Source: Haliotis rubra (Eukaryota). Taken from it: a stretch of 64,000 nt of DNA. This document shows, piece by piece, positions 25,466-38,364 of the stretch. The position numbers and the translations under genes are program-made. The stretch lies in NCBI RefSeq assembly GCF_003918875.1, contig NW_025766470.1:124001-188000 (forward strand), in the 5' to 3' direction. The first letter of the stretch is position 1. Every line of letters begins with the position of its first letter. The notes beneath the pieces were generated by a model that worked only from the letters and a program-made list of their open reading frames with translations, did not search any database and had not been told where the DNA came from.

Positions 25466-27424
25466 TTAACTAACGGGTTGTGTGTTTGTCATGAAGGATT
25501 ATGTGTACTAATGTCTACTAAACATATAAAAATAGACATCGTAAAATCAGCAAGAATTTTTAAAAGTGTTGTGCAAGAACCCACCAATGCATGCTCTTTT
25601 ACGAATATGACAGGTGTTAGAAGAATATTTAAGTCTGCGTTGGCGAGCTGTCTGTCTTCTCTCACAGGACCTAGAGGTAGGTGAGCCACTCGCTGATATG
25701 AGGTGTTTTTTGTTGTTTAAAGCCGAAATCGGAAATATTCGTCACGCCGAAGACCCGGGTTCGATTTCCCACATGGGTATAATGTGTGAAGCCCATTTAT
25801 GGTGTCCCCCGCCGTAATATTGCTGGGATGTTGCTAAACCATACTCACTCACTCACTATATTGCCCTGAATATTCTGATATTGAAAAGATGGTTATACTA
25901 ATTGGTGGAATTAATTGTGCACCATCGTTACCCGAGTAATCCTATATTGACCATCCCTTCCCAGACATACAGGTAATGAGCTTCCGTTAACATTTAGGAT
26001 ATACACATGTATTTCATTTTTATGTTTTACGAAACGGAAAATAGACTTAGTTTGAATGAAAATAACTATTGTTACATTTTGTTGATTTGCTTTTGGTTTA
26101 GTTCAATTAAACATTCCAGTCTATATATTTCATACCATAATACTCCACCAAAACCTTGTGTTTATCTTGAAGGAGGCATATTTTACAGGGGTATTCTGCT
26201 CGAATTTTAAGGCGAAGCGAAAACAATCCAAAAAATCTTGGTATAATCTCTACCTTGTCTAGGTAAAGTTACCAAATGAATATACTTATTTAAGCTTACA
26301 TACGTATATGATGCTTAGATCTAAGAAGTACGTATATCTCAATATATGATATCACAATGATGTGTATCGTTACTCAGACCGTGTCTTGTGAAGTGAGCTG
26401 AGTGAGTTTAGTTTTACGCCGCACTCAGCAATATTCCAACTATATGGCGGTGGTCTGTAAATAATCGAGTCTGGACTAGACAAACCAGTGATCAACAACA
26501 TCTACGCAATTGGGAACCGATGACATGTGTAAACCAAGTCAGCGAGCCTGACCATCCGACCCCGTTAGTCGCATCTTACGACAAGCATGGGTTACCGAAG
26601 ATCAATTCTAACACGGATCTTCACGGGTTCTTGTGAAGTTGCGACCCCAGCTAATTAACATAAGTATAGTTTATGCAAGCCAGGTTTTGTGACTTGGTTG
26701 AATAAATTACTTTTTTGGCGTGAATAATTGCTCATAGAGTCAATCACTGGATTATCTGGACCTAACTAGGTGATTTACAGACCACCGTCATGCAGCTGAA
26801 GATATCCGAGTAAGTAAGTAGGGGTTTACTTCGCTGTTAGCAACATTCGAACAACGTCACGCTGGGGACACACGTTTTACCCATGTGAGGAATCGAACAT
26901 GGGCCTAGTTTTAACCCCTAGGCTACCCTCCCGCCCCTGAACAGAACTACGTTAACGATAAATCTAGCAATGCATGGCTAACTTTAGGTAGGTGGTATAT
27001 TTAAATGTCAAGTTCAAGACCACCCATTTGTGGTATGGATGAATCACGAACAGCATATTCAGTACCGTATACCGTTACATTTAAGCTCATCGGGTTCAGC
27101 ATAACGGTAAAACATGAACACAGGTAAATGACATGATAGTGACAAAATATGCCATAATGCTGCATTCGAGAAAAGACTAAAATAAATCGAGATAAAAGGT
27201 CATCTCTAGTGCATGTTCGAGTCAACGTATTTCATATACGGGTGTACTCGAGGCAGCAATGTTCTGATTGCAAAAACTATAAGAATTCCATGAAGTATAC
27301 CCATGTATTACAATACAAATTGGACAGACTCGAATTTGATAACAGATTTCTACAAAACAGTCTCATTGGTGTTTAATTAATTAAATTTTATAAAAATGTG
27401 TTATACTTATTCTTCCAGATTGAA

Positions 27425-29722
27425 ATGAACAACCTCATCATCTTCTCGTGTCTTCTCGCCGTGGCGTTTTCAGCGTGAGTTTAAGATATGATGACAAAGG
27501 TGGTCTCAGGCTGCAATGCGCTGTACAGAGTTGCCTCCCTTAGACACATCACATTCGTCACCACTCGCCGTAACATCCAAAACATTCGTCACCACTCGCC
27601 CCTTTCCGTAACCTCAAAGCTTGTCTCGGAATAACAGGAGTTGGTTACGAATGGAATGCCTCCAAAACATTCCTGACCCACTCGTGTTATTCCGGGGCTT
27701 CTTGGAGGTTACGGAAAGGGGCGAGTGGTGACGAATGCCTCCAAAAGTCGCTATTCGGCTTGTCCCGGAATAACACGAGTTGGTCACGAATGCACGTACC
27801 ATTTCGCCCTATTGTTTGTTTGTACGTTCGTTGGCTTCATGGAAACTGAAAGCATATAAGACCCGTATCAATAACACGCTCTCAGACTCTGTGTTCAAGG
27901 ACTCAAAAATCGTATGACTTTTGTACATATATCCGATAATGAGAGAAAACCCGCTTTGGAACAATGGGATGACGTCACCAGAGGTGTCTCAACTGTGCTG
28001 ACTCTATACACAGGAAGATACATTAGGTATATTTTTCTTCTCGACTTCAGCACTGACTCCCCCGTTGTAGCTGCCCTTAAAAGAGCGTTTTCCTCCGTCG
28101 ACACCGACAAAGACAATCACCTCTCAGAATCGGAATTTGAAGCCATATATGACCTTTACGATAAGAATGGTAAGTTTTCTTTCCCGTGTTTATTTGACTT
28201 TTGTTTGGCGAGCTAGCTGTCTTCTCACCAGGGATCCTCAAGATATTAGGATTACACAAACCACACCCCACGCCTTCGGGTCATGATGACACACAATTAA
28301 TCAAGCGAGTGAGCAGCCCTGACCATCGAGAGGTTGCTCCATTGTATGAATAGTTGAACTAAATCAGTTTTCATGTACAATACGTACAAGAAAGACATTC
28401 ATGTTTCAAGTCAAGTTTATTGCATTCATTAACCAAGGAATTGTCTCCACTAGGTGACGGTCACTTGAGGTTGGCTGAGTACCTTGCGGCATCCGGAGTC
28501 CCCCAGGCTTCAGCTAAAGACAACTTTGACTACTACGATACCAACAAGGATGGCGATATCACGAAAGCTGACGTGAAGAGAATATTCTCAGACTACGATG
28601 GAAATGGTAAGTGAACATTTTGCTGAAAACCAGAAGACTATTTTCGAGTGTTCGAATAAGGGTTCGACCCATTTATGTTTCCAGGTTTGTCAGCTCTCTA
28701 ACCATGCTCGACCCGTGAAGGTCCGGGTTGGAATGAACCTGCACAAATCGATGCTCATGCTGTTGATCACTGGATTGTCTGATCCAGACTCGAATATTTA
28801 CAGACCGCCGGCAAAAAGCTGGAATATTGCTGAGTTCGGCGTAAACCTAAACTCACTCACTCACTCATTCACTCACTGTAGCCATGCTCGTGGATGTCTG
28901 TCGTTATATACTGGGCAAAAATAGTTAGGGATATATATGTAAATTTTGAAATTATGAATAATGATTTATTTCTTCATTGACACACTGATAAAATATCAAC
29001 CATAAAAATACCAATATCCCTAACTTATTTTGTCCAGTATATAACTGGAATACAGTAATAATCAAAAGTAATTACCGATTTACGAAATACGACAGACTGG
29101 CGTTACTTGAGACAAAACTGGGCTGCGGTCGTAACCAGTTAACGTCAAATGTGACAGTGAAGCCGTCACCGTAAGTGGTATGTTGATGTTTGCCTTTTCA
29201 GCCCTACTTGCTGATGTCACGGTATGCATGCCTGGCAGTTTGCTGTTGGCACGTGCATATGGCTTTTTGACAGTTTTTGCCTTTTCAAGTAACGCCAGGC
29301 TGGCGGCTTTTTCTTGTTCCATCACGCAGTTGGAGGTTTACTTATGTAGCAGGGCATGGAGTCATCCCACAGATGACATCCTTACCTTGTCAGCCTCTTG
29401 ACGGGGTTAACCTCTTTGGTCATGTGAGCAAGGCGCCCGACTTCGGATCAGAAGGTCCAAGTTCGAATCCCAGCACGGGAATCGGAAAATTTATGGCTGC
29501 TACGCTTAATATGTCGGAAATAAGTTTCAATCATTATGTGTGTAACAGGCCTTTCTTGGGAGAGTATTTATCAACATTGTCTGACACGTGTGTGTGTGTG
29601 CGTTCGTGCACGCGCGCGCATGTGTATTGTTGATAACATATCAGCTGATTATATCATGGTTTCGTGTTCTAACAGGGGATGACAAAGTGACTTTCGGCGA
29701 GTTTGAGCATCACTATGCATTG
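27425..29722 (+). CDS. Gene C: secreted 4-EF-hand Ca-binding protein. Coding exons 27425-27474, 28051-28169, 28454-28606, 29676-29722; terminal exon not resolved (candidate acceptors before 30302 or 34408)
   Basis: Translation: MNNLIIFSCLLAVAFSATDSPVVAALKRAFSSVDTDKDNHLSESEFEAIYDLYDKNGDGHLRLAEYLAASGVPQASAKDNFDYYDTNKDGDITKADVKRIFSDYDGNGDDKVTFGEFEHHYAL. Exon sizes 50/119/153/47 match gene B in exons 2-4; all junctions GT-AG. Confidence 0.88.
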
Positions 29723-30864
29723 GTGAGTACTTACAGGATGATATTTTCAAAATATTCACATTGGTCGTCTAAGGCGCCCGTTCACCCGATCCTGAAATTA
29801 GACCTATTTGGCGAAACAGCATGGGTTACTGGAGTAGCTGGTGCACGTGATTGTGTCATCGGTGCGCAGGGGGTCAGGCTCGCTGAGTTGGTTGACACAT
29901 GTCATCGGTTCCCAATTACGCAGATCGATGCTCATGCTGTTGATCACTGGATTGTCTTGTCCAGACTTGATTATTTAGACAGCCGCCATATAGCTGGAAT
30001 ATTGCTGAGTGCGGTGTAAAACTAAACTCATTCACTCACTCACTCATCGGTGCGTGGCAAGGGTGTATGCTCAGTCCCTTTCTATTTCAAATTTCATAAA
30101 AGACACAGGTTTGTGAAACTGAATAGAATTGTCATTTTGGGGCTCAGTTACATTTGTATTTTTCTGCTTTGTTGATGACCGCAAGGTCATTGCGGTCCAG
30201 CACCCAGTTTTAACTGCAAGCGCCCTCATATAAACTGAAAACCTTTGCCAACAGATCATTTCAGTTTCCATAATCACATCTTTGGGACTCTCTCCCCACA
30301 GAACGCAGATGCACGAAAGGTGTTTTTAAATTCCTTGAAACCATGCTTGCCTCGCCTGTACTTTAAATGGAGTAGTGACTGGAGTTCCAAGATAAAGCAC
30401 GATTAGCAAAAGTTTAAATCATAGATGTGGTCAGTGGGGTAGCCTAATGGTTAAAGCGTCCGCTCGTCACGCTGAAGACCCGGGTTCGATTCCCCACGTC
30501 AGGACAATGTGTGAAGCCCATTTCTGGTGTCCCCTGCCGTGATATTGCTGGAATATTGCTAAATCGGCGTGAAACCACTTACTCACTTACTTTATAAATG
30601 TTTATTTCTAATGAAAAGGTGGCAAACAGAACAAATTTGCAAAAGAATATTCGTATTTCAACCATCATCCATGGTTTTGTTTTGTGAAGAATGAAAAGAA
30701 ATCCCATAATAAATTAGGCGTAGAGAATAAGCAAGTTCATAAATGTTACCAGACAGCCTAATAATAGTTTGTTATACTTCCAACAACATTGATATCCTGT
30801 AATATATTGAAGTATCCTTTAGTTTTATGCCTTCCACACATTGTTTCACACATATCATTTCGCA

Positions 30865-31133
30865 CCCGTGAAGATCCGGGGTAGAATAGGTCTTCAGCAA
30901 CCCATGCTTGCCACAAAAGGCGACTATGCTTGTCGTAAGGGGCGAATAACGGGATCGGGTGGATAGGCTCGCTGACTTGGTTGACACATGTCATCGGTTC
31001 CCAATTGTGCTGATCGATGTTCATGATGTTGATCCCTGGATTGTCTGGTCCAGACTCGATTATTTTCAGACCGCCGCCATATAGCTGGAATATTACTGAG
31101 TGCGGCGTAAAACTAAACTCACTCACTCACTCA
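30865..31133 (+). mobile_element. Second SINE-like family (~260 bp); other copies near 18130, 26395, 28710, 29860, 42260, 42435, 55950, 56960, 61550, 63573
   Basis: cccgtgaagatccggg...ggttgacacatgtcatc...ccagactcgattatttacagacc...gcggcgtaaaactaaactcactc; same 3' tail as the short SINE. Confidence 0.8.
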
Positions 31134-31258
31134 TATCATTTGGATTCCAGGTCGAGAAAGCCATCGCTGGTGCTGGAACTGGCGTTGGGAAGTAACTGGT
31201 AAGGTAAATCGGTTGTAATGTAATCTTTCGGAATCGAGGGAGTTACTGTGATCACATA

Positions 31259-32530
31259 TAGTATGACCAGATATTATTGAGAATTTTAGGAATATGTTTA
31301 ATTGGATTTCTAGTATAAACAACCTTGACCAGCTATCAAGTGCTTGGTTTCATTCAAGAGAGACGACTCCGTTAATCCTTTTTCGTTAGTTTGTGAAGAG
31401 CTCTCCCCCTTTGTTTACTTGCTAGCAGACGACATTTTCAGTGATCCTCAGTATAGATGATTTAGAGAAGAGGAAGTTGATTTTAGAGTATTATAACAAG
31501 GACATCAGATCAGCTAAAGTGATTTCAAGTAGAACAGGCATCCCTTTGTCCGCTGTTTATCGTGTTTTGAAAAATATTGCAAATGGATATGGCACTGAGC
31601 ACCAGGGAGGCGCAGGTAGGCCCAGAAAATTGACTGTCGGTGACAGGAGGCAGCTTGGTATTCTTGTTTCTAAAAATAAACGAAGGAGTTTAGAAAACTT
31701 AAGGCTGGATATGATTGATAGAGGAACTGTGGCTGTCTGTAAGGAGACAATTAAAACTGAGCTGCATGCTATGGGTTGGCAGAAAAAACGAGGAATTCCA
31801 TCACCGATCATGAAACCTGAACAAAAGGAGCGAAGGTTGAACTGGTGCTTACAGCATAGAAATTTTAACTGGGACAATGTGATTTTCTCAGATGAAAGTT
31901 CTGTGTGGCTGTTTCCTAATAGACTGAAATTCTGGACTAAACAAACTGAAAAACCTTTCTATCAGCGCCCAAAGTACAGTCCGAAATTTAACGTGTAGGG
32001 TGGCATATCTGTGTTAGGGGCAACGCCCCTATGTGTATTTGAAGGGAATATGAACGGTGAGCGGTACACAGATATTCTCGGGGGACATGTACTTCCATCT
32101 GCTCACGTGTTCTATGGAAATTTTTGGATTTTCCAGCAGGAAAACGACCAAAGACATCGTTCAAAGCATTTACAGGCCTGGTTTCGGACCCAAAATATGA
32201 CATTATTAAATCCAATAGAAAAAGTTTGGGGGCTTATGAAGGAAAGTGTCAATAAGAAAAATCTGACAAATATTGCTGAAATGAAAGAAGAGGTGGTCCG
32301 ATATTGGGACAGCATGGACCACGACTTTCTAACTTCTTTGATCAGTAGTATGCCCCGCCACATTGAAGCCTGCATTGCTGCGGGCCCATGGTGACTTGAC
32401 AAAATACTTGAATCTTTGAATCTTCCATATGTATTTTGTTCTGCTAATATTCACATTTAATACGTGAGTAATGAGTGTAAAAATAACAAATATACAATCT
32501 TTAAATTCTCAATAATTTCTGGTTGTACTG
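31259..32530 (+). mobile_element. Tc1 element with disrupted transposase
   Basis: TIRs gtatgaccagatattattgagaattt / aaattctcaataatttctggttgtactg-TA; ORFs contain GRPRKL, VIFSDES and NPIEKVW. Confidence 0.92.
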
Positions 32531-33941
32531 TATATACTAAGGCATAACTAGTTATAGCCTATCGTGGCGCTACGATCGAGCCACAAAATGTCGTATACAT
32601 ACAGCGTACGTTGGCCGTACTCAACGTTACATGACCTTGACTTAATGACGTTCCCTGGCGTTCGAAGAAAACAGCAAGAGCTCTATGACTAAGAACTAAT
32701 GGTAAATAGTTTATGCATTTAATTTAACATCATGCCAGCATTACAAATGAATTATCATGTAATTCGATAACCGAGCTCACGACACGATACGATCGATAAA
32801 AACTATCGAATTGCATTTCTACTTTGATGCAAGACTTGTAGGTTGGTCAGTGCATGTCTGTGCGGTAATGGCTGAGGTCACAACCGATTCTACCTTGACA
32901 CTGAAGAATGCTTGATACAATATGGCGTAAAATTCTTCTTACGCGTCGCCGATATAACTAAATTTGCGGCTATATAACCACCGGTATACGTCCCCAATTC
33001 GTCAAGCACAGTACAGTTATCCCCATTCTAATTCAACTCGTTTTACACTGTTTTTTTCGGGAAAGAAATTCATTATTTAAACCAGGTCAAAGTTCCTCTA
33101 GGTCAAAGGTTAATCATATCACTCCTTCAACTTACACCATCGCCAGAGAAAGTAGTTCCCTTTTCAAACTACACACGTTTTTTATGTGCACACAGACTAA
33201 ATTTGACAATGATGAATAGATCATAGTATTATAGATAAAATGGACGGTATTATGATGAAACCGCCCTCTAGCTACAGAAATGAGCGGCCCGCTGATTCCT
33301 CAACTACGGGCCATTATCAGTTCTGTTGTCAAATGACGTCATAGCAGGTGACGTCACGCTCCATAATGACGTCATAAACCTTGTTTCATGATCTAACAGT
33401 GTTGGGTCAACAGCCCGTTGCGAGTAAGTTGTTTGAACTTAAAATTAAATTTATGATACTGTTTTGTCTTTTTTTAACACAAATTCCACCCATTTTAGCT
33501 GGATAGGGGAGTTATTTGACCAATGGCTTCTGCAAATGACAATGTCCTGCGAAACAGCGTTACCCCAATAGTGTAGGGATACATTCAAAGGTTTCGGTGA
33601 ATCGGTTTTCAAATTGCGACCGTATATGCTGATTATACGGTCGGAAATTTATAGCATTGACTAATCAGAACTCGTGTTACATACTAAGTTGAATTAGAAT
33701 TCGCATTGAAACATCAGTGTAGATACATCGATGTATCGATAGCATACTTTCGAAATTCATATTCTGTATGGCAAGGTTTGCTTTTAATAGACGTTACGGT
33801 GATATGTCTGATTATATTCATTGCCCATAAGATATGTACGGACGATCGAAAGGGGACAAAACTATTAGGTGTGACGTTCCTCTTGACAAAGGGGTATCAC
33901 GCTGTGTCAGTCTTGACACGTGGTATCCATGTATGTTCTGT

Positions 33942-34305
33942 AGTAGGGGTGGGTATTGCCGAAAGTTTTCATATGCGATATGTATTGCAATATATTGCAA
34001 GAATTCTTTTAAAAAAAACCTACTTATAATCGAGTTAATGCTTGATTTACAAAGCAAAACCACAACAAAATCACTATGCTTGATTAGGCTTTAATAAAAA
34101 CTTTAAATCATGACAAAATAAAAATGCAAATAATATTTGGAACAAATGAAACAAGGAAAGGAACAAATTTAAAAAACCCGGAAATAGCCGAAGATTTCCG
34201 AGTGTTCTGAAGCCTTCCGAATGCATGTCAAAATACCGGTTTTCGATCAGCGTATCGCAATACGTATCGTTCTCATGCCTAAACCGGTTATATTGCGCAG
34301 CCTTA
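33942..34305. mobile_element. MITE-like interspersed repeat; inverted copy at about 55054-55443
   Basis: agtaggggtgggtattgc...tattgcgcagcc matches the reverse complement of 55054-55443. Confidence 0.7.
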
Positions 34306-35164
34306 TTCTGTAGGCATATTTGTTTTTTATTATAACACTAGCAAATAACGATTTAACCAGATAGAGAAATACTAAGAAGTGCTAAAATATCATGTATTTC
34401 CTTTCAGGCTCACCACCCACCTTACAAGATTGTTACGTCGCTGTTATCAGTTTGTACTGTACACAATAGATACTTTTCACTAAATCGTGTCCATCGTATC
34501 AATTATCGTATCAATTCTACCATCATCGCTTAGCTGTATGATGTCCCTCAGCAGTTAACATATACACAGAACATTAATGGTCAAATGGTTTTCGACGCCT
34601 TAGATTAACACGCAGAGTTACTTCCCTTAGCGTATCTGCTCGATCAGTTATTGGCTGATACAGTGCTCGGAAAACTCCCCAAACAGCCCTTGGTGTGCCA
34701 GTACCATACCAGTCGTTCCGGTTTGTTCAAATATACATCTGATTCCAGTTTCTCCTCTTTCGAAGGGAAGTTTCCTTAGATAGAGAAGGTATGACCATTC
34801 TTATATTTTGAGCACTTATTGTTTTCCCTTCCTGTTGAAACATTTAAGCGACACATAACATAATCACTACCTACAGTTGCTGGTGATGTATAGCCTGGAT
34901 TTACATTTTGTTGTTTTGCAATGACTAACAATTTTACACTGAACTCGAACTAGTTTTAATCAATGTGTGACAGTCTAGTTGTTATACTATCCCTTGATGA
35001 AAGGTTTTTTTAATAAGTATACATATTTTTAGTCTTAGTACATAACTTTTTGTCGTCACGATATGGCTGAAATATTGCCGATGTGACGTTAAATATTAAC
35101 TGACTCACTCACTCATAACATAATCATAACACTGTAGAGCGACCTTTGAACAATCACGTCACGT

Positions 35165-35340
35165 ATGACTGACTGACTGACTGAGTTTGGTTTTACGCCG
35201 CTTTTAGCAATATTCCAGCAACATCACGGCGGGGGACAGCAGAAATGGGCTTCACACATTGTACCCATGAGGGGATTCGAACCTGGGTCTTCGGCGTGAC
35301 GAGCCAACGCTTTAACCATTAGGCTACCCCACCACCCCCT
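35165..35340 (-). mobile_element. Short tRNA-derived SINE copy
   Basis: Full length; TSD cgtcacgtatga. Confidence 0.9.
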
Positions 35341-35767
35341 CGTCACGTATGAAGGTTTTCTTGAAAACCACATATATAATACCAAGTGCCCTTATGGAAA
35401 ACAAATAATGAGAAATATTCCTCAGCAACTATCTTTGGAGACATCTTCCAGCCAACTGTTTTATGGTAACGTATGGGTCCTAGAATGACGAACCTGTGAG
35501 CAAAAGCATCGAACACCAATATTCCAGTTATATCACAACAGTCTGTAAATAATTAAGTCTGGAACTTACACACAACAATTTATAAAACGTCACTGCAAGA
35601 AAATTACTTGCACTGACCACTGGAATTCAGCAAAACCACATGGTGTTAGCGAAAAGGGTAAGCATATCATGTCCTACCGGTATCATATGCCAGTCACATA
35701 ATTTGCATAACATCTACCAGAACCCTGAAAAAGCAAACCAAACAGTTGCGTGAAGTATGGACCAGAA

Positions 35768-36324
35768 CATTCTCTTCCCACAGAGGTTACTCCTGTCATA
35801 TCTTCCTACGTAACCTCTGTTCTAATACGGCCCTTTCATGGTGTGAGCGTTCAAGACTCGTGATTGGAGGCAATCAGATTTAGTTGTGCAATTAGCGACG
35901 TTGTTTCAAAAGTGATCATTCGCAAGGCCTCGGTAATTTCCGTATGCTTCGAGAAAACTAAACCTCTCCCCCTACGCGATGCGCAAACGTTTCTTCTAGA
36001 CAGAACTCAGTCATGTTATGGCGGATCAGTGGCGTCTCCATCGCCCTCCTTGACAACGGACAAGCTAGCCATTAAACGTCTTGTGTGTAACATCAACACA
36101 AGTCCCCGTCAGATGGGGGATATTTGTGGCCCCACATTTGCTTGTGTTAGTCAAGTTGAATCTAAGTCGATGTAAAACGTGTTCTGATTGGATAGAAAGA
36201 AGGGAGATAATTCGTGTTGCGATCTTTTGCCGCTAGGGGATTTTACGAGAACCGGGAAATATGGCCGTATTAGAACAGAGGTTCGTAGGAAGATATGACA
36301 AGTAACCTCTGTGGGAAGAGAATG
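35768..36324. mobile_element. MITE with ~63-bp TIRs and a 9-bp TSD (Mutator-like)
   Basis: cattctcttcccacagagg...cctctgtgggaagagaatg flanked by ggaccagaa on both sides. Confidence 0.9.
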
Positions 36325-38031
36325 GGACCAGAACAGCGTACGAACTGATTATGTTGAAACTTAACAAAACGACACGTTAATTCTGAATTGCGTCTGCTAT
36401 GTTCGAGTGCAGAGACAATATAAATGCCTATCGACTTCCCATGAGGCAGGTACACTCTTATGAAACTGAAATGTCGATAAATCACTGTATCAACCGAAAG
36501 TGAAGTCAATAGCTGCTTTATTATATGACACAAAAATACATATAAAATTACAAAAAAGAAATACTAGCCTGCTTAGCTCTGATACATAGCGCTCAAATAC
36601 ATGATTGAACGCCGTGTATGGGAACGCTGTGTATCTTAGCAATAGTCTGCTCACATCTCTCAACCTTTTCGTCTGCCATTGTTTGGAAAGGTAAACAACT
36701 GTGAATCGTCACTGAAACGTAGCAATGCCTACTTTGGGGGCAAATCCAACACACACGCGTGATCACGAGTTTACGTTATGGGGTTTCATTCTGTTTTTAG
36801 CCGAGTGGGGTCTGTGGGTTGTATCAACCTCACGTGAGGTTGACTTAACTTTGTGTCACGTTATGCATGTGGCAATTCAACCAGTTACCCCATGCCAAAT
36901 GTAGATATAGCATCAAAACCAGGTAATATGATACACCCGGCCTGATCACCCATACTGCATATCTTGACCATGTTGAGCACCAGAGCCATTCGTGGCCAAC
37001 TCGTGGTATTCCGGGACAAGCCGAAGTCTTCTTGGAGTTTACGGAAATGGGCGAGTGGTGACGAATGCACCAGAGCTTGTGGTTAATATACCCATGCATC
37101 AGTTGGTCTATGAACATGTGGATACTGTTTCAACAGTGGTATAAACCTTGTTTGTTTTTTAGGAACCTGATATGTGGCTAGTTCCATAACAAGAATTCTT
37201 TTAGGGTGTGAGGTGTCATACTGGCCGATAACACTTTTACTGCTCCTGAGAGATCCTGGAAGATAGGAACTTTCCTTAGCACTTGGCCTAGGACTACAAT
37301 CAGATGAACAAAACATTTAGCAGCCATGTAACAATTATACTCATAAATATAAGCAGGGAAGATCAACGTCGGGGAAGGGGGACACAAAGTCCCCGAGCCT
37401 GCACTCCACCCCCCACAATTAAGTGAGTGAGTTTAGTTTTACGGGGCTTTTAGCATTATTCCAGCAATATCACGGCGGGGCACAGCAGAAATAGGCTTGA
37501 CACATTGCATCCATGTGGGGAATCGAACCCGGGACCGGCGTGACGAGCGAACGCTTTAACCACTGGACTACCCCACTAACCGTCTCTCACAAGAAGCATG
37601 TGTTTCTGGAGCCAGTGCTACGCCATGCTTCCTATAAGGATTCTCTTTATTACGACCAGCAAAAGTTGTTCGGGACCTTTCTTACTCTCTTAGTCCCCAC
37701 AATTAGGACTGTTCTCGTAGTCTAGTCATACAGCGCTGTGTCGAAGTTACGGTTGTCTCGAAGTAAAAGCTTGGTCCCTGCATATTCCATATGTATTTAT
37801 GACTATTCGGTTGTGTCAAAGTATTTAGCCTGGAAGTATACTAGCCACATAAAGAAACTGTGCATTGTCCCAGTTGATAAGAAGTACGATAACAATGTCA
37901 AAGGTACACATAAACTTTAATGGGGCGATCATGAGACCATAACAAGTCGGGAGAATTTCAATTGAAAAGTCAATCACAATGGCGTCACGAGTCCACAAGC
38001 GGGACAGGGGTCAAACGACCATGTCACAAGC

Positions 38032-38364
38032 TCAATAACGGGTATGTCCACCATCGGCATTGAGAACAGCAGTGCATCGACGACGCATAGAGCCTATCAA
38101 ACGTGCAAGGAAGGCTTGTGGGATGTCACGCCAGATTCTCTCAAGTTCTGTTGCAAGGTCAAGGACGTTATCTGGCGGATGAGGAAGACGGCATAAACGC
38201 CGATCCATCTCGTCCCAAACATGCTCTATCGGGGAGAGATCCGGCGAATTTGCAGGCCAAGGCAGTAAGTCAACGTTGTGGTGTTGCAAGAAATCTATAG
38301 CAACCCTTGCCGTATGAGTGCGGGCATTGTCCTGTTGGAACAATAGACCGATCCAGTCTGTCAA
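38032..38364 (-). mobile_element. Tc1 transposase C-terminal fragment
   Basis: FQQDNARTH, WPANSPDLSPIEHVWD and GGHTRY. Confidence 0.9.

Noticed and set aside
29403-29480. tRNA-Arg(TCG)-like sequence
   Set aside because: The anticodon and T arms are recognisable, but the acceptor and D stems are degenerate. It is more likely a SINE head or pseudogene.
34408-34533. Candidate terminal exon of gene C
   Set aside because: The acceptor is plausible, but there is no similarity to paralog tails and a competing acceptor lies at about 30301. It is left unassigned.
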